The notes beneath the pieces are model-generated. The model ran no database searches. It was not told the DNA's origin and saw nothing but the letters and a program-made list of their open reading frames with translations. From positions 128,001 through 192,000 of the forward strand of contig CAWCIZ010000001.1 in the NCBI GenBank assembly GCA_963795855.1: a stretch of DNA of 64,000 nucleotides, written 5' to 3'. A program made the position numbers and the translations under genes. Shown here in pieces: positions 20,430 to 30,431 of the stretch (its first letter is position 1; every line of letters begins with the position of its first letter). This DNA comes from Vulcanimicrobiota bacterium (GTDB taxonomy: Bacteria > Vulcanimicrobiota > Vulcanimicrobiia > Vulcanimicrobiales > Vulcanimicrobiaceae).

Positions 20430-21596
20430 ATGCGCCGATTGCTGGCTGCCGTTGCCCTTGCGTTATTCACGCTGGCCGCGTCTCCATCGTCGTCCACCAC
20501 CACCGATCTCCAGCGCGTTCTATTTAATTACCTAACGGAGCGCGGCGCCAAAGAACATCTCTCCGCACTGTCACTGACGGTCAGCCCGAGCGCATCCCAG
20601 CCGGACATCAACATTGCTGCAGGCACGACGACGTACCAGGGCAGCACGCCGGTTACGCCGGCGAGTCTGTATCAAATCGGGAGCAACACCAAAGCCTTTA
20701 CCGCCGTCACTGTGTTGCAATTGGAAGCGCAAGGGCGCCTGTCCATCGACGCGCCGATTGGAAAATATCTTCCGCAATATCCGGCTTACCGCCGTCTCAC
20801 ATTGCGACGTCTCCTGAACATGACCAGCGGGCTCGAATCGTACGACAACACCGCCGCATGGGAGCGCAGTTACGCTGCACATCCGAACGCGAACGTTTCC
20901 GCCGATGCGCTCATTCGCATGGTCTACCCGCAGATTCGCTACGCGCCCGGTACGAAGTATCACTATTCGAATACAGGTTATTTACTCGCGCAAGAAATCG
21001 TCGATGCGCGAAGCAAAAGTCACAGTTTCGAAACTGAAATGGCGCGCATCATCGCGAGCGCGGGCTTGACAAACACGTTTTACACGTCGACGATCTATCC
21101 ATCATCGATTGCCGCACGGATCGTTGCCGGCTACTACGAGAACGACGAACCGGGTTTGCGTGCGCTGCTCGGAAAAGATGTGAGCCGCACGAGCCTTTCG
21201 TGGGCGCAGGGCGCTGGGTCGATGGTCTCGACGCCGCAAGACTTGGTCTCGTGGGCGCGCCAGTTATATACCGGAACGCACCTTTTGCCGGCAAAACAGA
21301 AACGCGAACTCATGAGTCTCGTTTCGACGAAAACCGGAAAACCAATAAGCGCGCCGACCGCAAGCGATCCCTCCGGCTTCGGCCTCGGCGTGGCGGAACG
21401 TTACGATCCGAAGATGGGGACGTTCTGGTTCTATCAAGGTGAAACGCTCGGGTTTCGCGCGGCGCATCTGTACTTTCCGCAGTCCGGTCTGGTGGTTGCG
21501 ATTTTCGCCAACAGCCGGCCGGTGGAAAGCCAGAGCCATCTGCCGCAATTGTTCGGTGCGCTTCAGAAGGTGATTCAGGCGCACACAACGCGGTAG
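20430..21596 (+). CDS. secreted serine hydrolase (beta-lactamase class C/D-Ala-D-Ala carboxypeptidase family)
   Basis: SxxK (GSNTK), LLNMTSG, YSN motifs; signal peptide; GGAGG RBS. Confidence 0.9.
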   Translation: MRRLLAAVALALFTLAASPSSSTTTDLQRVLFNYLTERGAKEHLSALSLTVSPSASQPDINIAAGTTTYQGSTPVTPASLYQIGSNTKAFTAVTVLQLEAQGRLSIDAPIGKYLPQYPAYRRLTLRRLLNMTSGLESYDNTAAWERSYAAHPNANVSADALIRMVYPQIRYAPGTKYHYSNTGYLLAQEIVDARSKSHSFETEMARIIASAGLTNTFYTSTIYPSSIAARIVAGYYENDEPGLRALLGKDVSRTSLSWAQGAGSMVSTPQDLVSWARQLYTGTHLLPAKQKRELMSLVSTKTGKPISAPTASDPSGFGLGVAERYDPKMGTFWFYQGETLGFRAAHLYFPQSGLVVAIFANSRPVESQSHLPQLFGALQKVIQAHTTR

Positions 21597-21663
21597 TCGC
21601 AAAGAACGGATCGCGCGCCTCGAGGGCCTACGAACAAAGATCGTATTCATGGTGCCATTCTCG

Positions 21664-22140
21664 CTATAATGAAATAGCGAGCTCCGAGCCTTTGGTCAAG
21701 GTCGCCGCTACATCGCCGTCCGCTTTCAAAACCACGAGTTGGGCATCGCCGCTCGGGGTTCGCGCCAGCCGGTACCGAACCGTCGCTTGCGGTTGCGGAC
21801 CTGCGGCATCAGGCTCGAGCGCGCGAATATAGTCGAACGACGGTTTCTTGACGGACTTCCCAACCTCACCGTACGCCGTGAACCTCCGAAGGATCGTGTT
21901 GCCGGTCGCGGCATACGTGCACTTCCAGTCGGAAAGTACGCGATAATCGACGCCCGCATCGGTAAACGTGTGCAGTGCTTCAACGTCGCACTTCGCGCCG
22001 GTCCGGTACACCACGGCGAACGTCCATCCGCCGGCGGGCGGAGGATTCCACGCGCCGATCAAGTGTGAAACGTCCGCGTTCGCTGACGACGGTGTTAGAC
22101 ATGACGCGAGCAGCGTCAATAATGCAAGAGTGTGTTTCAT
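21664..22140 (-). CDS. secreted hypothetical protein, last gene of operon copy A
   Basis: AGGA RBS, signal peptide ending ANA. Confidence 0.65.
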   Translation of the reverse strand: MKHTLALLTLLASCLTPSSANADVSHLIGAWNPPPAGGWTFAVVYRTGAKCDVEALHTFTDAGVDYRVLSDWKCTYAATGNTILRRFTAYGEVGKSVKKPSFDYIRALEPDAAGPQPQATVRYRLARTPSGDAQLVVLKADGDVAATLTKGSELAISL

Positions 22141-22168
22141 GATTTGCTTTCCTAAAAACGCCGGAGCG

Positions 22169-23351
22169 TCAACAATCGACGGTTAAGCCGATTAACCGCA
22201 GAGCGTCGTCAACGGAGCTGCCGCGATGGTCTTTGGCGAGGACGCCCTTCCACTTGTCGTTCACCACGAGCGTCGCTTTGAAGTCTGAGGCGACGTATTG
22301 AAACGTGGCCGGTTGATCGAAGGCCTCGTTCAGATTGGCGAAACGCAAGGCCGTGGTGCCGGTCGCCGACGAGTTTAGACCTGAAGGCCCACTATAGAAT
22401 TTGCTTTGTTCGTGCAATCGGTCCGGGCTACGAAGTCGCCCATTTTCGTCGTCAAAACGGGCGCAAAGCCGTGCGCCAGTCGACCGCTGACCGAAAACGC
22501 CTCGTTGAAGTGCCCCACGGTGACCGACTCGCCCGCACTGGGCTTTCTTCCAAAGTACACGCAATAGTCCCGCCGGCTGATTCGATATTGACGTGCATTG
22601 CACCGGTGGCATCGCCGCTCAGATTACCGTCGGAAGCCCCAAGTGGAACTTGTACGAAAGGGCTTTGGGCAATGGGAGTTTCGGCGCTCCGAACAACTGC
22701 CAGGCCTGGCGTTGGGTCTCGACCGGGAGTTGCGCGTCCAGCGAATCAGTCGCCTCGAGTTTGAGCGCGTAATAGTCGCAGTTGCAGATGAGGGTTTTCC
22801 GTTCGTCGGTCAGGAACTGTTGCTCCCGGGCATAGGCTTTGACTCTTCTGCGGGAGTCACTTGGTACACGTGATACTTCCCGCCGGCCTTTGCCCGCTCG
22901 CAGAATTCCCGGTGCATGTCTTCATGGATGGATAAGGCTTTTCGCATGCATGGCGTGTGCAGCGTTGCGAAATCTTTCGGCACACTAGTAAGGCACGATG
23001 TTTGGCCGAAGAGGAAGAACAGGTCTTCTCGCAATATCAACTTCACCGGTCCTGGGTTGCTCGCCGCGCGGGAATGGGCTGAGCAGTTTACTGCCGCGCG
23101 CAAAAGCATTCAGCCGGCCTTGAACATAAGGTTCCCAATCGCGTTGACGGAGATCCTCCGGATGCTCAGATTGAAGCATCCGCTGAAATGCATCGAATTG
23201 CCGCCGAGTCCTCCAGAATACGATATTGAATCTGCGCAAGGTCATCGCACGAACATTCAATACCGGTAGCGCCGCCCGCCGGAATTGCGAGCGTTACGAC
23301 GAGGCAGATCGCCGCGACTCCAACAATCGTTCTGACGGGCGCAAACTTCAT
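22169..23351 (-). CDS. secreted Cys-rich HExxH putative metallopeptidase, copy A (several frameshifts)
   Basis: signal peptide, IECSCDDLAQIQYRI, IHEDMHREFC, CNCDYY, C-terminal LIGLTVDC; paralog of 28109..29257. Confidence 0.65.
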
Positions 23352-23476
23352 GGCGTTCGGCCGTCAACGATGAAGTCCCAAACGGACGGCTGGAACATCT
23401 GCGTAATGCGTTCAACTTTTACGGGACCGCGATCGTCCCCAATCGCGCCGGTCGTGGTGAGCCTGAGTCGTGTCAT
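23348..23476 (-). CDS. 42-aa ORF, possible deletion remnant of the 220-aa gene at 29254..29916
   Basis: ATG 6 nt after TAGAAT; ends QMFQPSVWDFIV versus QIYQGWAWDFSV; ATGA overlap with next gene. Confidence 0.45.
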   Translation of the reverse strand: MTRLRLTTTGAIGDDRGPVKVERITQMFQPSVWDFIVDGRTP

Positions 23477-23482
23477 GTGCGG

Positions 23483-23527
23483 ATTCTAGACCAACTTCGT
23501 TGAGATACCGTCTAGACGTTGCGTAGA
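23483..23527 (-). promoter_or_regulatory. SARP/AfsR-type promoter A: 11-bp-phased direct repeats, N9, TAGAAT
   Basis: plus-strand CGTTGAGA 23498, CGTCTAGA 23509, TGCGTAGA 23520; ATTCTA 23483-23488. Confidence 0.6.
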
Positions 23528-23780
23528 CGGCGACTCCCGCATACTGCTCGCGTGGCACAAAAACGAACGGAACATGTGTTTCTCGTAAGACTTTGGAAGC
23601 CGAGGGCGGACGGATCAAGCACCTTGGCGGGGATCGGTTGACCATCTCGCGACCGGCGGACGGCAATACTTCACCGAATTACGAAGTCTGTCGCGGTACA
23701 TCAGCGCCCAGACGCGAGGCTCAACCGCCACCGATCCAAGCGAGAAGACGCTGAATCCGCTCGCCCGCCCGTGACCATGA

Positions 23781-26700
23781 ATGGTCGGTATGATAGGCTT
23801 TGACTATGGGACGGCCGCCGGGACGGGAGCGCGCAAGCGCCCCGGCTTGTTCATCGGGCTCTTCGGAAAGCCGCGATTCGCGTACGACGAACAGGCATGG
23901 CGTTTCGTTGCCCCGCCGCGCACGCTTCCGCTGCTCGCTTACCTGGTCTTGCATCGAGGAAAGGCCGTTGCCCGCGAGGCCGCCGCGTTTGCGCTCTGGC
24001 CGGACGAAACCGAGAGTGATGCGCGCTCGAATCTGCGGCGCCATTTGCACTATTTGCAGAACGCCTTGCCGCCGAGCGAACCTGACTGCCCGTGGGTTCT
24101 CGCGCACGGCCGCACCACATTGCAATGGAACGTGCGCGCCCGCTGCCGCGTCGACGTCGCCGAGTTCGAGCGTTCGGGCGAGGATGCAAAAGCGCTTGCG
24201 CAAGCCGTTGACCTCTACGCCGGCGATCTGCTGGAAGATGCACTTGACGAATGGCTCGTGTACGACCGCGAGCGCTTGCGCAACCTGCAGATTCGCTATC
24301 TCGAACGGCTGAGCGATTCGGCGCGCAGCGACGGCGAATTTGCGCGGGCGTTGAGCTACGCCCAGCGCCTGCTGGCGATGGATGCCGTCCGCGAGGATAC
24401 GATTCGGCAAGTCATGGAGCTGCGTTATGCGATGGGCGATCGCAGCGGAGCGCTTTCAGAGTTTGAACAATTCGCAAAACGCCTTCGCGCAGTCCTGGAC
24501 GTCGAACCGATGGCCGAAACCCGCGCTTGCTATGAATCGATTCTACGCAACGCGCCGGTGACGCGCTCCGCCGGCGAAATGAGCGCACAGACCGAGAACG
24601 CCCGGCAGCGTTGGATGCTCCCCTTCGTCGGTCGCGAAACGGAACTCGATCAGCTGCGAACGTGGTGGACGCGAGCGGCGCGCGGCTCGGGTAGCGTCGG
24701 ATTGATCGGCGGCGAGGCGGGAATCGGCAAAACTCGTTTGCTCTCCGAGTTTTCGCGCTTGGTGACCGCGGAGGGCGGGCGCGTTCTGCAGGGCGGCGCA
24801 ACCGTTAACGAGGCGGTTCCGTACGAACCGTTCATTCAGGCGCTGCGAAATGCGCTTCCGCTGATCGCTTCCGCAAAAATCGAGGGTATTTGGCTCTCGG
24901 TTCTCGCGACGCTGATCCCCGAATTGCGCGACCGATGCCCGAATCTGCAACCGCCGGCGCAAGTCGGCGCGGCCCAAGAGCGGGGCCGGCTTTTCGAGGC
25001 GCTCGTCCAAGTCGTCGGCGCATTGGCGCAACGAACGGCCGATGTTGCTCGTTCTCGAGGACCTGCACTGGGCAGGTTCCGCGACGATCGACTTCTTGGA
25101 ATATCTCTCGCACCGCACAAGTGCGATGCGGCTGATCGTGCTGGGATCGTATCGCGACGAAGAGGCGGGTCGGCGGCATCCGCTTCGAAAGCTGCGCCGC
25201 GCGCTGGCGCGCGATCCGCACTCGTTCCGTGTGACAGTTGGGCCGGTCTCAGAGTCCGCGGTCGCAGCAGCTGGTGAAAAAACTCTCCAAGAGACAACCG
25301 CATTTTCGCGAGCTCGCTTCGACGCTCTATGCGCGCAGCGAGGGCAGCCCGCTCTTCCTTACCGAGCTCATTCGCGACGTGCGCGAGTCGGGCACCGCAG
25401 CGGACCTGCGCAACGCCCTTCCCCTCGGGCTCAAAGAAATCGTCGCAAGCCGCCTTTCGCGCTTGTCCGAGAGCTCGCGATCCCTCGCCGAAATGGCTGC
25501 AATCGTTGGAAACGCGTTTGACGTCGATCTGCTGCGAGAGTTGAGCGGATGGAGCGAAGATCGCGTGATCGGCGGGCTGGACGAACTGCTCGATCGCCAT
25601 CTCATTCGTGAAGCCATCCCCGGCGAGCGGGGAGACTATACGTTTTCACATCAACTGATCGAGGGCGCCATTTATTCCGAAGCCGGCGAACGCAACCTCA
25701 AGCGACGGCATCGTCGCGTCGCTGTGGCGATGGAAGAGATGTACGGCGATCGCCTCGACGACTTCGCGCATCGAATCGCCTATCACTTTGAACGCGGCAC
25801 CGAGCCGAGCCGTGCCGCGCGCTACTTCGAGCACGCCGCATCCCTGGCGCTTGAAGTTTTTGCTTACGAAGAGGCCGTCGCTCGCGCTACACGCGGGCTC
25901 GAACTCACGACCGACGCGCCGGCCCGCGCGAACCTGTTGTTGCTTCGAGAACGCGCGCATGCCAGGCTTGGCAACGGCGAGGCTCGCCGTCGCGACGTCG
26001 ATGAAGTCTCGCGATCTGATTGAAATCTCAGCGATGCACCGTTACACATCGAAGTGCTCGCGCGGCGGATCGATCTGTATCACTATTTGGCTGAGCGCGA
26101 CGCAGAGGCTCGCGCAATCGCGGAGTACAAGGCGATGGCCGAATCTCTCGGTTCATCGTCTGAAACGGCAAACGCGCTTCTGGTCGAGGGTCGATACTTC
26201 ATGTTGACCGGCCGCTACGAGCAAGCCAAGGCGTCTTGCCGCCAAGCGCTCGAACTCGCACTGCAATCAGAGGATGCTTCGGCGAAAGTGGATAGCCATT
26301 GCAGGTTGGCGGAGGCATACGAACGCTGCGGTGAGTTCGAGAGCGCTGCGCAACACGTTGCGGCGGCAAGATCGCTTAGTATCGAAGCCGGCGATCCCGC
26401 ATTGCGCCTGCGCGTGCTCTACGCTTGGAGCCGGTATCTCAATATGCACAAGACCGGAGTCGAACTCCTCGCCGTTTCTCGCGAAATGCTCGAATTGGCA
26501 ACGCAGATCGGCGACCGGTACTACGAGGCTACGGCGCTGCAACGCGATGGGCATCGCGCTTTCCTTGCAGTTTCATCTCGATGACGCCGGGAAACAGTAC
26601 GAGCGCGCATTTGCTCTTTTCGAAGCAATGGCGCATCAGCAAGGTGTGATCGCGGCGCTGCACAACATGGCGGTGAACGAGCTGCGGCTGGGACGGTGCC

Positions 26701-27424
26701 GGAAGGCCCTCGCGATCTCCGACGAGGTCCGGCGGCGCTCGACCCAGACGAATGCGCCGCTGTTTCTGGAAACGGCTACGATCAACGCGAGCAGCGCGTG
26801 TCTGCGTTGCGGCGACTTCCCGCGGGCATACGAGCTCGCAAGTGAAGCAGTGATTCTAACGACGCGCACCAACTCGCAAAACCGCGCGGCGGCAATCGAC
26901 GTCCTCGGTCAGGCGGAGGTCGAGCTTGGCCATTACGATGCTGCGATCGCTCACTTTGAACAAGCGATCGCGTTGACGGAGGAATCCGGATTGGAAGCGC
27001 TCGCGAGCGATTCGTTAGCAAACTTGGCGAACGCCTATCTCCGCAATGGACGCATCGCGGAAGCTTGGCGGCCGTCGAACGATTCGCACCGCTGCTCCAG
27101 GAACGGTGCGACGAAGTCGAGGAGCCGGAGCGGCTCTTTTGGGTAGCGGCGCAGGTGTATCGCGCAGCGGGTAAGGATGCGGAAGCGCGGGCGAATCTGG
27201 AGCAGTCTTATGCAGTCTTTGGCAGCCGCTTGGAAACGATCCGCGCGACGTCTTCCTCGGACGCCTACGAAGCGATCGGCTTCCATCGGGAGATCGTCGA
27301 CGCGCACGAGCACGATCTTTGGCCCGCGGCTTGCGGCTATCGCACAAGCGTGAACGTTCTGCTGCTGCTCACGATCGTTGAACCGGCTTTCAAGACCAGG
27401 CGCGCCTTCATCGGCCCAAGGTAG
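23781..27424 (+). CDS. AfsR/SARP-like transcriptional regulator (winged HTH-BTAD-AAA ATPase-TPR), about five apparent frameshifts
   Basis: LLAYLVLH, NLRRHLHYL, VDVAEFE, LYAGDLL, FVGRETEL, Walker A GEAGIGKT, Walker B LEDLHWA, GSPLFL, FSHQLI, TPR-like helices; start uncertain. Confidence 0.85.
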
Positions 27425-28095
27425 CGCGCATCGCGCTCGCCCCAGACGATCTCCTGATACACGTAATCGACGTGGTTTGCGTCATGTCCGAGTTTAGCGG
27501 GGTAACTCGCGACCGTTTTTCCGCGACTTGACAGTTCAATTGTCGCCGAGATCGATTGCGCGTCGACTCCCGGAGCCCGGTATTGCGCCGAAAACATCGC
27601 GCGGGAGCCGAGCGGTAACGTAGTCGTGCTCGTGAAAGCGTTGCCGTTGACGACGGCTACGTTCACCACGGAAACGCCGGGTGGGTCGTGGCTATCGCCC
27701 GCGGTAACGATTGCCGCGGACCAATTACAATCGCTCGGCAGTGCAATGTGAATCCGATATGTCCCGCTCGGGAGCGTCACGGTAGGGGTGTAATGATACG
27801 GCATCATGTCGTTGGAGAGCGTGACTCCTTTTGCTATTGCGAAGCCTTCAGAGCTTCCCACGCGCTCGAGCACACCGCCGAATATGCATTCCGGATCGCT
27901 TGTGTTCGGCGGCATTCGCGCCCAAACGTCGATGAAGTACCGGCCGCCCAGCAGATAGAACGGGCCGCCCGTGCTGGGGCCGGCGCTGCCGTAGAAGTAG
28001 CCTTCGTCAGCGCTGGCGCTTCCCGCGGCAAAGACGAGCATGGAGCCGCAGAAGATCGATACCGCGAGCGCCCGAGCTGTTTGCATCAAGTTCAT
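27337..28095 (-). CDS. secreted hypothetical protein (predicted beta-rich), last gene of operon copy B
   Basis: signal peptide ending ASA; 252-aa intact ORF. Confidence 0.7.
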   Translation of the reverse strand: MNLMQTARALAVSIFCGSMLVFAAGSASADEGYFYGSAGPSTGGPFYLLGGRYFIDVWARMPPNTSDPECIFGGVLERVGSSEGFAIAKGVTLSNDMMPYHYTPTVTLPSGTYRIHIALPSDCNWSAAIVTAGDSHDPPGVSVVNVAVVNGNAFTSTTTLPLGSRAMFSAQYRAPGVDAQSISATIELSSRGKTVASYPAKLGHDANHVDYVYQEIVWGERDARYLGPMKARLVLKAGSTIVSSSRTFTLVR

Positions 28096-28108
28096 GACAT
28101 TCTTTCCG

Positions 28109-29257
28109 CTAGCAGTCTACTGCTAGACCGATGACGTGAAGTGCTTGTTCCACGGTACTTCCGCGATGATCGGCGGCCGTCACGTTTTTCCACTTGTCGT
28201 TGACGATGAGTGTCGTTTTAAAATCGCGAAAGCGTCGTTCTGATCGTTGTCGTGGTGCTTCACGGGATCGTCGAGCGCCGTGAATTGCCACAGGGTCGAT
28301 CCCGTAATATTCGGCTGCGCGCTGAACGAATGCGACGTCATGCCGCGAATCGTCGAGCATTGCCCGGATTCTTGAATGCGAATCGGTCGTCGTCGCGACG
28401 TTCAGCGCCGGACCACGCGAGAGTCACCGGCCACCTCAAACGAATCGCCGATCGTCCCTTTGCTCTCGCAGCTGCAATGCTGCACGTTTGCCCACGTTGG
28501 GGTCGTTCATGTACATTCGCGCCTTTGAGCCGTCCCCTGGAGCGTTCCGTTCTTGGCGCTGAAGCGGAATTGCACGATCGCGGGCTTGGGCAGTCGAGAG
28601 ACGTGACCGTCCACATGTCGTTCTGCTGCATGTTGCTCGTCGTCCAATGCCCGAGATAGCGGTTCCGCTGAATTTGAGCGCATAGTAGTCGCAGTTGCAG
28701 AGCAGTTGCTTTCGCTCGTCCAAAAGATACCGCTGCTCTTTGCCGTACGCCATGACTTCTTCACCGGCGGTCACCCGGTATACGTGATAACCGCCGTTTG
28801 CTTTCGCGCGCTCGCAGAATTGCCGGTGGATGTCCTCGTGGATGAGCAGCGCCCGACGCATGCAGGGCGTGTGAACTGTATTGAAATCCGGCGGCAGGGT
28901 CGTCAAGCACGACGTCGCGCCGGTTAGCCAAAAGATATCCGGCCGGAGATCGACTTCTCTCGTCTTGGCTTGCTCGCCGCCGATGAACGGCGATCTCAGT
29001 GGACTGCCCTGCGCAAACGCATCCAGCCGGCTTTGCACGAACTGCTCCCAGTCGCGCTGGTGCGCGCCCAGGATTGCGTGCGTCGATTTCAGCGAAGGTT
29101 TCAATGGCTTTTTGATCTTCCATGATGCGGTACTGGATCTGCGCAAGGTCGTCACACGTGCATTCAATGCCGCCTTGGGCCGGAGCGGGAATCGCCAAAC
29201 TCAGCAGCGAGCAGACTACTAACGCGGCCTTCGCAAAAAGGAGAGACGCTGTATCAT
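28109..29257 (-). CDS. secreted Cys-rich HExxH putative metallopeptidase, copy B (several frameshifts)
   Basis: IECTCDDLAQIQYRI, IHEDIHRQFC, TAGEEVMAY, LCNCDYY, C-terminal VIGLAVDC; ATGA overlap with upstream gene. Confidence 0.65.
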
Positions 29258-29916
29258 TGCGGCGCGGCGGAAACGCTGAAGTCCCAGGCCCAACCTTGAT
29301 AGATTTGTTGCTTCGAGGTCCGCTGCGCGCTCTGCCCCGTGCTTGAGTACGTGACAGGCTGCACGTCAGGGTCGCGCATTGCGACCGCGTATTCTCCGGG
29401 CGGCAGCGGCTGCGCCGGCGTTATGCGATAGCGGCCCGCTCCTAGGTTTTGGACCGTGCTCTGCGCGCGCTCGTCGGCGAGGGGATCGACGGTATTCATA
29501 CCGGTACGTATGTGCGATGTCGTCGTCTGCGTATCGATCAGCCGCCGGTTACCGTCGACGCGCAGCCGAATCAGGGCGGGTGTGAAGTGTGCCGGATCGA
29601 CGACGCCGCCGCTTGGGATCTTTATCTCGAAGACCGGCGACTGCGTGGTCACCGTTGTGGCGTGCGTCCCCTGCACGCCGAATTGCGTGTGGACTTTCAT
29701 GGTGGACGGCACGATGGGCAGGAACATGGAAAGCGCGTTGGGCTTGTCCGGGTTGACGGATTCGGCCGGCTGACCCTTAGTGATTTCGGTCTTGCCGTTC
29801 GAAGAGATCAGGTACACGTGCACTTGCCCGTCTGCCATTTGAGCCTGGGCAGGGAGCGCGGAGAGGACGACAGCGCAGGCCGCGGCCGCAAGAGTGACGA
29901 CGCCGAAGGTTTTCAT
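29254..29916 (-). CDS. secreted hypothetical protein (220 aa), first gene of operon copy B
   Basis: signal peptide ending AQA; YRITPAQPLPPGEYA and WDFSV. Confidence 0.75.
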   Translation of the reverse strand: MKTFGVVTLAAAACAVVLSALPAQAQMADGQVHVYLISSNGKTEITKGQPAESVNPDKPNALSMFLPIVPSTMKVHTQFGVQGTHATTVTTQSPVFEIKIPSGGVVDPAHFTPALIRLRVDGNRRLIDTQTTTSHIRTGMNTVDPLADERAQSTVQNLGAGRYRITPAQPLPPGEYAVAMRDPDVQPVTYSSTGQSAQRTSKQQIYQGWAWDFSVSAAPQ

Positions 29917-29923
29917 GGATCGA

Positions 29924-29957
29924 ATTCTAGGAGGCTATCGTCTAGGTAACGTCTAGG
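29924..29957 (-). promoter_or_regulatory. SARP/AfsR-type promoter B: CCTAGACG-N3-CCTAGACG-N9-TAGAAT-N7-ATG
   Basis: exact 8-bp direct repeat at 29939-29946 and 29950-29957; ATTCTA 29924-29929. Confidence 0.65.
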
Positions 29958-30231
29958 CACATCGACGCACGGATTCGAGATTCCGCAGAGCCGCACTAAC
30001 TAACGTTTGAAAGGTGCAATGGAGCAATGAACGACTTTGCAGCGATCCGCGCAAATGATAACGGTCGGGGGTGCTAGATCCTGTCGTGACCCGATGATGA
30101 TTCGAGCCGACATATGACAGTATCGATGAAAGAGTAACGCCCGAATCGTCGTCCCTGCAACCGATTCTTAAATCGGGAGGCTTGCGCAAAAAGAAGAGCG
30201 CAAGAATTTTCGGCATTTTTCTATTTGGAAT

Positions 30232-30307
30232 TGGTAGCCCCAACGGGATTCGAACCCGTGTTACCGCCGTGAGAGGGCGGCGTCCTAGGCCTCTAGACGA
30301 TAGGGCC
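30232..30307 (-). tRNA. tRNA-Glu (CTC)
   Basis: cloverleaf, anticodon arm CCGCC-CTCTCAC-GGCGG, GGTTCGAATCC, encoded CCA. Confidence 0.97.
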
Positions 30308-30313
30308 GCAACG

Positions 30314-30385
30314 CTCCCGGGGATGGACTCGAACCACCGGCATCCAGATTCAGAGTCTGGCGTTCTTCCACTGAACTACCCGGGA
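30314..30385 (-). tRNA. tRNA-Gln (CTG), CCA not encoded
   Basis: acceptor TCCCGGG/CCCGGGA, anticodon arm CCAGA-CTCTGAA-TCTGG, GGTTCGAGTCC. Confidence 0.95.
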
Positions 30386-30401
30386 ATGAGCAGCGACGGT
30401 T

Positions 30402-30431
30402 ATACTACACCGGGTGCCCCGGCCCTTGCAA
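30402..30431 (-). promoter_or_regulatory. putative sigma70 promoter of the tRNA operon (TTGCAA-N18-TAGTAT)
   Basis: boxes at 30431-30426 and 30407-30402; lies within the HNH gene 3' end. Confidence 0.55.

Noticed and set aside
19800..30260. Integrative element with att repeat of the tRNA-Glu 3' end
   Set aside because: No second copy of the tRNA 3' sequence and no integrase were seen in the window, so the region is reported only as accessory.
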